NCBI GenBank assembly: GCA_964016885.1
Contig: OZ024740.1
Span: 290,904,001-290,968,000 of the forward strand
Reading direction: 5' to 3'
Length of the DNA stretch: 64,000 nucleotides
Source of the DNA: Eledone cirrhosa
Taxonomy: Eukaryota
Below, piece after piece: positions 12,235 through 24,200 of the stretch (the stretch's first letter is position 1; each line of letters opens with the position of its first letter). The notes beneath the pieces are model-generated. The model made no database searches and was not told where the DNA came from. It worked only from the letters and a program-made list of their open reading frames with translations. The position numbers were made by a program, and so were the translations under genes.

Positions 12235-15200
12235 AACAAGTATCCCACTCTACTACCCTAAGTATTGAGTACTTTGGTGCGTTATGGTACATCTGGTTCC
12301 TTACCACAATTCCTTTGTTATATATAAGATGGGCTTTGTTACAGTTTCAGTCTACCAAATTTTCTCACAAGACATTGGTTGGCCTGGAACTATAGTAGAC
12401 GACACATGCCATAGTTGCTATAGTGGGACTTAACCCCAAACTTCTTAACTACACAACCATGTCTGGACCAATTCTTTAAAGTCAGATATGTATACTTGTT
12501 TTATTTCAGTTTTACTTATCTAAACTGGAATTGAATATTTAGAAACAATATAAATCCTCTGGAATTTTCCTTATAAGTGAGATGTTAGATGAATTCACTT
12601 ACATGCGATAAGAATGGCATTCTTCACATAAATCTTCAGATTGTCTGATACAGCTTTCCAATAGGCGTCTCACACTATCTTCTACAATACATAAACAAAA
12701 AAGAAAAGAATAAAGGTATGTAAGAAAAATTATCACAATCTGGAATATTTCTTAAATATGATGATTTCTGGCATAAGAACAATGCTAGAAATTTGAGGGA
12801 GAAAACACAATTATAGCACCCAAAATGAAGATGAGAGGAAAAACTGACTGTTATAATGGGGTGTTACACCTGTTAGTATATCTGTATGAATGAAGGTAAA
12901 ACCAAAGTATTCCCCAGACGTAATTTTGAACTACCAACGAGATCACTACAATGAGGCTCCATATACGCAGTCTACTGACAGTTCACTTCAGTTATTATTT
13001 ATAGACATTTTGCCTAGTCCACTTTTAGTTATGTAGGAGTGTTGAGGGTTTTTCCCTACAACATTGACTTTGGCAGAATTTGAAATGGGAAAGTAAAGAG
13101 GCGTAAAGAAATTTTAGGTATGGTGCCCAGGCATTCCCTGCATCAGTCTATTGATTCAGCAACTGTATATCATGCTTTCTTATAAATGGACACCCCACTC
13201 TCAAAACAAAAACAAACAAACAAACAAACATGTTACACACTTTATTTCAAAGGTGCTCTGAACGTTCAGAAGTGTAGCAGAACAGTCAAGAACCAAAAGA
13301 GCAGAGAATTACAACATTAACATCATCATCATCATCAACAGTTAACATCTGTTCTCTTTGCTTGCAAGGATTGGATAAATTGTCACAAACCAAGTCAGTA
13401 CTCAAGCAAAGTTACTGACCCCACAGATGCATTGCAGGACTGCATCTCATTTAGATACATTCCTACACTCTACCAAGTACTCAGACAGGCTGGGGAGTCA
13501 CGTCTCACTTACATATGACCCCACACTCTACCAAGTACTCAGACAGGCTGGGGACTCACGTCTCACTTACATACGACCCCGCACTCTACCAAGTACTCAA
13601 ACAAGCTGGCGACTCACGTCTCACTTACATACGACCCCACACCCTACCAAGTACTCAGACAGGCTGGAGACTCACGTGTCACTTACATATGACCCCACAC
13701 TCTACCAAGTACTCAGACAGGCTGGGACTCACGTCTCACTTACATATGGCCCCACACTCTACCAATTACTCAGACAGGCTGGGACTCACGTCTCACTTAC
13801 ATATGACCCCACACTCTACCAAGTACATGTTATTGAAGCACTAGCATTAGGAAAGTTGTCATGTCTTTGACACAGTTGCTCCTGACCCTTTGTTTGGTAG
13901 GTTTTCTGCAGTTGGATGTCCTTCCTATCATCAACCACTTTACAGCATGTACTGGGTGTACTTTTATCATGTACTTTTATCAAGTAGTTCACCAGCACTA
14001 GGGAAAGTGTCATGTCCTTGACATGACTGAAGGGTGTTCCCAACTCTTAATGTATGATTATGTGTTGGCTCTATTGAAGATTATAAGATTAAGGCTGTAT
14101 TCAAACCTTATTATTACAGATATAGGTGCAAGCATAGCTGGTGATATTTGGTAGATGGAAACTGTGTAGAAACACATCATGTTTGTGGAAGGTCGTATGG
14201 GTAGAGTCTTCATTCACAACTTCCAGAGGGTCCTATCAGAAACAACTTTCTCCAATTGAACTTAAAAATTTGGTGCTATGATTGAGTTTTCTTTTTCAGG
14301 TTTATAGTGATAAAGGTATTGATGATAATGTTGATTAAGAGAGTGATAATGTTGTTCTAATGATAATGTTGATAAAGAGAGTGATAATGTTATTGATAAT
14401 GTTGATGATGAAAGTGATAATGTTGTTAATGATAATGTTGATGAAGAGAGTGATAATGTTGTTATTTAGAGTCTACGACACCATTGAAGCTGTTTTTTTA
14501 ACACAATGCTTTGATGTTATTGGGAGATAAATATAGCTTTGACGAGTAGAATAACTATAGTTTGGTAGTTTTGCAATTCTGGTTCAAAAGTTATGAACGT
14601 TTTTCGATTTTGAGAGAAAATTAGAGAAACCAGGGTCATAAGTAGAGTAGTTTATCATTTATTGAAGTTATCTTCATCCCTACAGCCTGAAGTATCACTT
14701 TCACCATCACTGACTTCATCTTCGGACTCTTTATCGTCTTCAATGGCTCTAATATGATCGTAAAGCTTGTTCAGATAAGAATTAGCCTTGTTAATGCATC
14801 CTTGGACTGTTTTGTTCTCCAGATTCTGAAATGATGCATACAGTCATGCCAGCACTTGCTTGAAGGTGGTATTTGTGATGTACTGTCTTCCCATTTCTCC
14901 CTTGACAATGACCCATATGAGCTCAATCGGCTGCAAATCAGAATGATGTGGTGGAGAAAAGATGACCTCATGACTTCTTACTCTTGCCATGGAAAAAAAA
15001 AAAACTGGAAAGATGTGTAGTTCCTTTTGGTGTCATCTTCTGCTCCAAAATTAATTCTCCAGTCTCAACAAATTTGGTCCAGATTTCGCTGAAGAGTCTA
15101 ATACTTCAACCAAGGACATTCACAGTACGGTTCGTGGCATCTCCATTCTTCTTCATTCACCCAGGTCTTTTATTACTGTGCAGCATGAGATGTTCATGAT

Positions 15201-18200
15201 GAAATTTGGCTTGTACAGGGAGAATATCCAGCTTCTCCTTCTAGGTAGATTTTTTTCTCATGAATCTCTCCACACATTCGAGAAATGCTTTATCCACATC
15301 CTTATGCTTCTTCTTGGAAGTGTAAGAAACAACATTTCCCTATCTTTTGTTTTTTCACAGCTTCAAAACACGATCTTCAACTTGGTCTTTTTCTTCATTT
15401 TTTCCATAACTTTTGATCTGGAGGCGAGAGAAAAATAATTAATGGCGCAAAAGAAAGATCCCAAGCTCTATTTAGTGATATAATGGGTTTAAACTAGCAG
15501 TAAAAACTGACTGAGTAAAACACAAAATAGGCTTCAGTTTAGCTTTGATTGAGAAGCTTTATGATCAAAAGGATTCCAACCATAAACATTGTCTTTTTTC
15601 CAGGCGTTCTGAATTACATTATTCAATGTATACTTTTTTTTAAGACAATAGGGTTATCTGAGGGAGATTTGGTTGCTATTTCTAGCAGGTGGGGCAAGAT
15701 TCTCTAGTTGACTCAGCAGCGTTGAAGATAAAGTAGCTAGAAAATAATAAAAGTAATTATTTCAGCTTATATATTATGACATTTTTGTTTAAAAAGTTAT
15801 CTTAGTCTTAGCAAGAATAAGTTTTAAAATTTTGCTAACACCTTTTATTCAGAAGTTTCCATACTTACGTATTTCTTCAAATGAAGAGTCGGCAGTAATT
15901 TTCGTATACTTCAAATCCTCAATTCTGATGTTGAAAAGAGGAAAATTTCAAGTTTAATGAGAGAATACACAAGATCTTTATGTTAACTAAAAGATTGCTT
16001 TAGAATTTATACCATTTTAAAAATATTATAAAACATTATATTTAAATAAATAAACACTGTTGTCTCTGATCAAGACGAAGCAGGAGTGTCTTTGAATTCA
16101 TATAAAAATGAGAAATCTCATCACTAGAACAGCTGTTAAAACAGCCAAATGCTGTCAATAACAGGGATGGGTAAAAATGCTTCAGAGGACAGAGAACCAT
16201 AGCCAGTGGTCAGCAGAGAGACAATCCATAAGGTGGGTGACAGGCAGATGAAATATATAAAAGATCGAAAGAGGAGGAGCACAAGGACAAGTGTTGGCAC
16301 TTAGAAGTGACTGGAAGAAGTTAATAAAGAAAGGTAATAAGATGAGTTTTCTCATTTTTATATGAATAACATTATATTTGTTTTTATAGTTACATATACT
16401 TTAACCCTTTAGTATTTAAATTGACCATATCTAACCAGAATTCTCTCATGTCTTTCTGTTCAAACCGGCCATAACTAGCTACTCATACTGATGTTAAGGT
16501 ATTGTTCTCAAAATAAATAATATCAAAATTTCATAGATTTGATATTATGTGAGATGATTATGTAAGATAAAGCCTTTACCATGAAAATATAATAGTAAAT
16601 ATAGAGTTAAACCAACTTTGGCTATCTCAAGTCAAAATTTGTATGATATTATATTCCTTCACCCCATGCAATGTAGTTTACACCCACTTCAGAACAATGT
16701 ACTTTCACACAAACCTCACAACCAATTTCCCTAGCAACCGACTTGTCAATGAGATGATGTTACTCAGACTAGAAAGCTTCTAGTAAGTCTTAGCATTGGG
16801 CGTGTACAGGTAGGAGTGACAGTACCAATACTTTGTTATATAAGTACTAGTACCGTCATAATCTCATATATTTAATGGATATCATGGTGGAAGAGAGTAG
16901 TTACATGTATCACAGTGGAGCAGTTAAACTAGATATCATGGTAGAAGAGAGTAGTTACATGTATCACAGTGGAAGTAGTTAAACTAGATATCATGGTGGA
17001 AGAGAGTAGTTACATGTATCACAGTGGAAGTAGTTAAACTAGATATCATGGTAGAAGAGAGTAGTTACATGTATCACAGTGAAGTAGTTAAACTAGATAT
17101 CATGGTGGAAGAGAGTAGTTACATGTAACACAGTGAAGTAGTTAAACTAGATATCATGGTGGAAGAGAGTAGTTACATGTATCACAGTGGAAGTAGTTAA
17201 ACTAGATATCATGGTGGAAGAGAGTAGTTACATGTATCACAGTGAAGTAGTTAAACTAGATATCATGGTGGAAGAGAGTAGTTACATGTATCACAGTGGA
17301 AGTAGTTAAACTAGATATCATGGTAGAAGAGAGTAGTTACATGTATCACAGTGGAGTAGTTAAACTAGATATCATGGTGGAAGAGAGTAGTTACATGTAT
17401 CACAGTGAAGTAGTTAAACTAGATATCATGGTAGAAGAGAGTAGTTACATGTATCACAGTGGAAGTAGTTAAACTAGATATCATGGTGGAAGAGAGTAGT
17501 TACATGTATCACAGTGGAAGTAGTTAAACTAGATATCATGGTAGAAGAGAGTAGTTACATGTATCACAGTGGAGTAGTTAAACTAGATATCATGGTGGAA
17601 GAGAGTAGTTACATGTATCACAGTGAAGTAGTTAAACTAGATATCATGGTAGAAGAGAGTAGTTACATGTATCACAGTGGAGTAGTTAAACTAGATATCA
17701 TGGTGGAAGAGAGTAGTTACATGTATCACAGTGAAGTAGTTAAACTAGATATCATGGTGGAAGAGAGTAGTTACATGTATCACAGTGGAAGTAGTTAAAC
17801 TAGATATCATGGTAGAAGAGAGTAGTTACATGTATCACAGTGAAGCAGTTAAACTAGATATCATGGTGGAAGAGAGTAGTTACATGTATCACAGTGGAAG
17901 TAGTTAAACTAGATATCATGGTGGAAGAGAGTAGTTACATGTATCACAGTGAAGTAGTTAAACTAGATATCATGGTAGAAGAGAGTAGTTACATGTATCA
18001 CAGTGAAGTAGTTAAACTAGATATCATGGTGGAAGAGAGTAGTTACATGTATCACAGTGGAAGAAGTTAAACTAGATATCATGGTGGAAGAGAGTAGTTA
18101 CATGTATCACAGTGAAGTAGTTAAACTAGATATCATGGTAGAAGAGAGTAGTTACATGTATCACAGTGGAGCAGTTAAACTAGATATCATGGGGGAAGAG

Positions 18201-21200
18201 AGTAGTTACATGTATCACAGTGAAGTAGTTAAACTAGATATCATAGTGGAAGAGAGTAGTTACATGTATCACAGTGGAAGTAGTTAAACTAGATATCATG
18301 GTGGAAGAGAGTAGTTACATGTATCACAGTGAAGTAGTTAAACTAGATATCATGGTGGAAGAGAGTAGTTACATGTATCACAGTGAAGTAGTTAAACTAG
18401 ATATCATGGTAGAAGAGAGTAGTTACATGTATCACAGTGAAGTAGTTAAACTAGATATCATAGTGGAAGAGAGTAGTTACATGTATCACAGTGGAGCAGT
18501 TAAACTAGATATCATAGTGGAAGAGAGTAGTTACATGTATCACAGTGGAGCAGTTAAACTAGATATCATGGTGGAAGAGAGTAGTTACATGTATCATAGT
18601 CGAAGTAGTTACACTAGATATCATGGTGGAAGAGAGTAGTTACATGTATCACAGTGGAGCAGTTAAACTAGATATCATAGTGGAAGAGAGTAGTTACATG
18701 TATCACAGTGAAGTAGTTAAACTAGATATCATGGTGGAAGAGAGTAGTTACATGTATCACAGTGGAAGTAGTTAAACTAGATATCATAGTAGAAGAGAGT
18801 AGTTACATATATCACAGTGAAGTAGTTAAACTAGATATCATGGTGGAAGAGAGTAGTTACATGTATCACAGTGAAGCAGTTAAACTAGATATCATGGTGG
18901 AAGAGAGTAGTTACATGTATCACAGTGGAGCAATTAAACTAGATATCATAGTGGAAGAGAGTAGTTACATGTATCACAGTGAAGCAGTTAAACTAGATAT
19001 CATGGTGGAAGAGAGTAGTTACATGTATCACAGTGAAGTAGTTAAACTAGATATCATGGTGGAAGAGAGTAGTTACATGTATCACAGTGAAGCAGTTAAA
19101 CTAGATATCATAGTGGAAGAGAGTAGTTACATGTATCACAGTGAAGTAGTTAAACTAGATATCATGGTGGAAGAGAGTAGTTACATGTATCACAGTAAAG
19201 TAGTTAAACTAGATATCATGGTGGAAGAGAGTAGTTACATGTATCACAGTGGAGCAGTTAAACTAGATATCATGGTGGAAGAGAGTAGTTACATGTATCA
19301 CAGTGGAAGTAGTTAAACTAGATATCATGGTGGAAGAGAGTAGTTACATGTATCACAGTGGAAGAAGTTAAACTAGATATCATGGTGGAAGAGAGTAGTT
19401 ACATGTATCACAGTGAAGTAGTTAAACTAGATATCATGGTAGAAGAGAGTAGTTACATGTATCACAGTGAAGTAGTTAAACTAGATATCATGGTGGAAGA
19501 GAGTAGTTACATGTATCACAGTGAAGTAGTTAAACTAGATATCATGGTGGAAGAGAGTAGTTACATGTATCACAGTGGAAGAAGTTAAACTAGATATCAT
19601 GGTGGAAGAGAGTAGTTACATGTATCACAGTGGAAGAAGTTAAACTAGATATCATGGTGGAAGAGAGTAGTTACATGTATCACAGTGAAGTAGTTAAACT
19701 AGATATCATGGTAGAAGAGAGTAGTTACATGTATCACAGTGAAGTAGTTAAACTAGATATCATGGTGGAAGAGAGTAGTTACATGTATCACAGTGAAGTA
19801 GTTAAACTAGATATCATGGTGGAAGAGAGTAGTTACATGTATCACAGTGGAAGAAGTTAAACTAGATATCATGGTGGAAGAGAGTAGTTACATGTATCAC
19901 AGTGAAGTAGTTAAACTAGATATCATGGTAGAAGAGAGTAGTTACATGTATCACAGTGGAGCAGTTAAACTAGATATCATGGGGGAAGAGAGTAGTTACA
20001 TGTATCACAGTGAAGTAGTTAAACTAGATATCATAGTGGAAGAGAGTAGTTACATGTATCACAGTGGAAGTAGTTAAACTAGATATCATGGTGGAAGAGA
20101 GTAGTTACATGTATCACAGTGGAGCAGTTAAACTAGATATCATATTGGAAGAGAGTAGTTACATGTATCACAGTGGAGCAGTTAAACTAGATATCATGGT
20201 GGAAGAGAGTAGTTACATGTATCATAGTCGAAGTAGTTACACTAGATATCATGGTGGAAGAGAGTAGTTACATGTATCACAGTGGAGCAGTTAAACTAGA
20301 TATCATAGTGGAAGAGAGTAGTTACATGTATCACAGTGAAGTAGTTAAACTAGATATCATGGTGGAAGAGAGTAGTTACATGTATCACAGTGGAAGTAGT
20401 TAAACTAGATATCATAGTGGAAGAGAGTAGTTACATGTATCACAGTGAAGTAGTTAAACTAGATATCATGGTGGAAGAGAGTAGTTACATGTATCACAGT
20501 GAAGTAGTTAAACTAGATATCATAGTGGAAGAGAGTAGTTACATGTATCACAGTGGAAGTAGTTAAACTAGATATCATAGTGGAAGAGAGTAGTTACATG
20601 TATCACAGTGAAGTAGTTAAACTAGATATCATGGTGGAAGAGAGTAGTTACATGTATCACAGTGAAGTAGTTAAACTAGATATCATAGTGGAAGAGAGTA
20701 GTTACATGTATCACAGTGGAGCAGTTAAACTAGATATCATAGTGGAAGAGAGTAGTTACATGTATCACAGTGAAGCAGTTAAACTAGATATCATGGTGGA
20801 AGAGAGTAGTTACATGTATCACAGTGAAGTAGTTAAACTAGATATCATGGTGGAAGAGAGTAGTTACATGTATCACAGTGGAAGTAGTTAAACTAGATAT
20901 CATGGTGGAAGAGAGTAGTTACATGTATCACAGTGGAGCAGTTAAACTAGATATCATGGTGGAAGAGAGTAGTTACATGTTTCACAGTGGAAGTAGTTAA
21001 ACTAGATATCATAGTGGAAGAGAGTAGTTACATGTATCACAGTGAAGTAGTTAAACTAGATATCATGGTGGAAGAGAGTAGTTACATGTATCACAGTGGA
21101 AGTAGTTAAACTAGATATCATGGTGGAAGAGAGTAGTTACATGTATCACAGTGGAAGTAGTTAAACTAGATATCATGGTGGAAGAGAGTAGTTACATGTA

Positions 21201-24200
21201 TCACAGTGAAGTAGTTAAACTAGATGAACCATATTTAACACAAAGGGTTTTCTGTACTCAGTTGTTAATATATGGAACAAACTTGTGGAAGTTACAATTG
21301 GAACAATCTGAGAAGACATTTTTAAATACCAGGCAAACTATTAGCTAAATATTTTTCCTGCTTGTGGCATTCCCGCCTGTGGCATTTGGGGAAACTTGTT
21401 TGCTGATAATGAAGTTCTAATCATCATTGGCAGTTTGTCTTACCAAGGTATCACCTAATGCCTGCAAGTGTGCTTGGTTATTCCATCACCTTAGCCTTGC
21501 TTCCACCCACGGCAATGTTGCAAATATGTTGGCTTGCCTTAAAAAATTATTAGAGGAAGGCTCCAGTGCTCCTTGTTGTGATGTGTGATTGAGTGTATAG
21601 GTCTTCCCTTTTTTCTTCGTTATTATCCCCCCCCCCCTTTCTTCCTTATTATCCTTCCACTTTTTCTTCTTTTTTTTTCGTACTATATATATATATATAA
21701 TTTCATCATCATCATTTCATTTTACGTCCGCTTTTTCCCTGCTTGCAAGGGTGGGACGGGAACTGATGCTGGCTTCATTTCTACAGCTGGATGCCCTTCC
21801 TAACACCAACCTCATTTACAGTGAGTGCTGGGTGCTTTTTTGCCGAGGCACCTCCACGACCACTTTGCAGTGGAATGATAGGGACCCCAGTCCTATCATC
21901 TCATTTCTACAGCTGAGTAAACTGGAGCAATGTGAAATAAAGTGTCTTGCTCAAGGAAACAACACATCACCCGGTCTGAGAATTGAACTCACAACCTTTC
22001 GATTGCAAGGCCAATGCTCTAACCACTAAGCCATGTGCCTCCTATATATATATAAATAATTGTTTCTACTTTTGGCACAAGGCCAGCAATTACCCAGCGC
22101 ATTACTGGTACTTTATTTTATCGACCCCGTAAGGATGAAAGGCAAAGTTAACCTCGGCGGGATTTGAACTCAGAATGGCAAGGACCGTATCTTTATGCGT
22201 CAAAGCATGGTGTCCGACCCTCTACCGATACTGCCAATCCACATAAATAATATTGACACATTTATTGATATATAAATAAATTCTTTAACTTTTGTGTGCT
22301 ATAGTTTCATGTGAAATCACTGATACAATATTATCAGTGTATTCTAATCTCAAATCTATCAAATAACAGTAAGAACTGTAAAAAAAAACTTACATATTTT
22401 GTAAAGCTTGAAATTTCTCATTAAAAGTAGATGTGTTTATATTATTTGAAGCAAATTCATCGGCTTTTATTTCAATATTTTGAACCTGTAATGCACAAAT
22501 TAAAAAAAGGAAATATGATTAAAATGTAAAAGTGTATGAAAAATACATATATAATAGAGTTGCAACAATATTTAGAATACATTTGACACAAGTATTATCT
22601 TAGGATATAAACTGCTAATGTTAATGATTGAAATATTGTCCAGTAAGACATAGAAAGCTTAGTAACACAACCACTAAACAACTGTAATAATGTGGAGCTG
22701 CTGAAAGGGACTGCCGGAAATTGAGGGACGTCTTACCAGAAGCGAAGGATGAGTGACGTCACATCAGGTTTCAGGAATCTAATCACTGCCTTTTTTTTGT
22801 TAGGTTGTGACCTAGTGAGGACGTGTTTATGAAAGTGAGCGAGAGAACTTCTGTCATCCTCAGGCGGACGTAAGTCATGTGGACGTCTGCGCAGTGGACA
22901 GTGGATGATTCGGTCTGGATTTAAGTGGAGACTCAAGGTAGGTCTGTTCGCTTCCCATCACAAATAATATGCCATGTGTGTTAGTATATCTGACCAAACT
23001 TACCTCATAATGTGGATGACTCATCTGATCCATGCAAGCAAAAAAAATAAGATGTTAAACGGCGATGATGATATCTATCTCTGTCTTTAACTCTTTCAAA
23101 TTTACACACACTCATACACAATGCATTTCCTATATTAGACAGTTTGATACAATAAATCATTCACTTTTCAATCTCAATGTCCTGTGTTCTAACCCTATCT
23201 TTGTTCATATCAATAGTCATTTCTCCAAATTGCTCATACATTTAATCCTGTATGTCATCTTTACATATATACTGAATATTTATGTAATATCGCTAGGAGC
23301 ACTGAGAAACCTCTTAAATGATTTTTTAAGCAAGCCAGCACGCTCGCAGCGTTACCTCAAGTGATGGCTAGGCTGATGCGTTGGAACAACCAAGCTCGCT
23401 CGTGAGATTCACCAGTTATCTCTGCTAAGCGAGCCACCAGTGAAGATAGGAATCTCACAGTCAACCAGCCCGATTCCCCTGAACGTCTCGAATGCCACAG
23501 GCTGGAAAATGTAGTTGACCGACAGATCACAGTATTTTATGTAATTATATCCTAGAAATGAATTATCAATATATGTAATACTAATCATGGATTGCAAAAT
23601 TTAACGCTATTACCATCATTAAATTAGAACACTACTGACTAAAGCGATATTAAAATTGATGTACCTAAATTGTACATCACTGCAGGCTTAAGAAAGTACA
23701 TTGCTTGATTGACAACCTGTTGCTTATAGATTTATTTTTACTGATAGTAGGTAAAACAAAGATATTGATATCTAATAAAGATAAACATAACACATAGAGT
23801 GGTGGATTAACAGAATAGAATAGACAAGCAGATTTAATAAACATATACATATGGTATGGTGGAATAGCAGAATTCTAAGTGCATCAGACAAAATGCCTTG
23901 CAGGATTTGTTCCAATTCTTTATGTTATGTATTGAAACCAAACTGCAGTCTGCATTGTTAGTGTTGGACAAAATGCTTTGTGGCATTTGTTCTGGTTTTT
24001 ATGTTCTGAATTTGCCAACAACACTTTTGCTAAGCTGTATCAGGTCTAGCCTTTCCCATGGATAATCATCATCATCATCATCGTTTAACGTCCATGTTCC
24101 ACACTTGCATGGGTTTGGACGGGAGTTTTCCCACTTGAGGCAAGAGTGGTTGTCTTGCTCGCATAGGACTGTCTGGTGGGTTTTCTACAGCTGGATGCCC

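Noticed and set aside
16900-16915. Shared ACATGT palindrome in the 54- and 70-bp units as p53-like sites
   Set aside because: Flanks do not fit RRRCWWGYYY; a 6-mer match is expected by chance
17514-21348. Repetitive ORFs (VKLDIMVEESSYMYHS)n
   Set aside because: Artefact of 54-bp units; frame breaks at each 55-bp unit; intronic and antisense to the real gene
21955-22041. tRNA gene
   Set aside because: tRNA-like head continues into CORE-like and RTE tail sequence; it is a SINE
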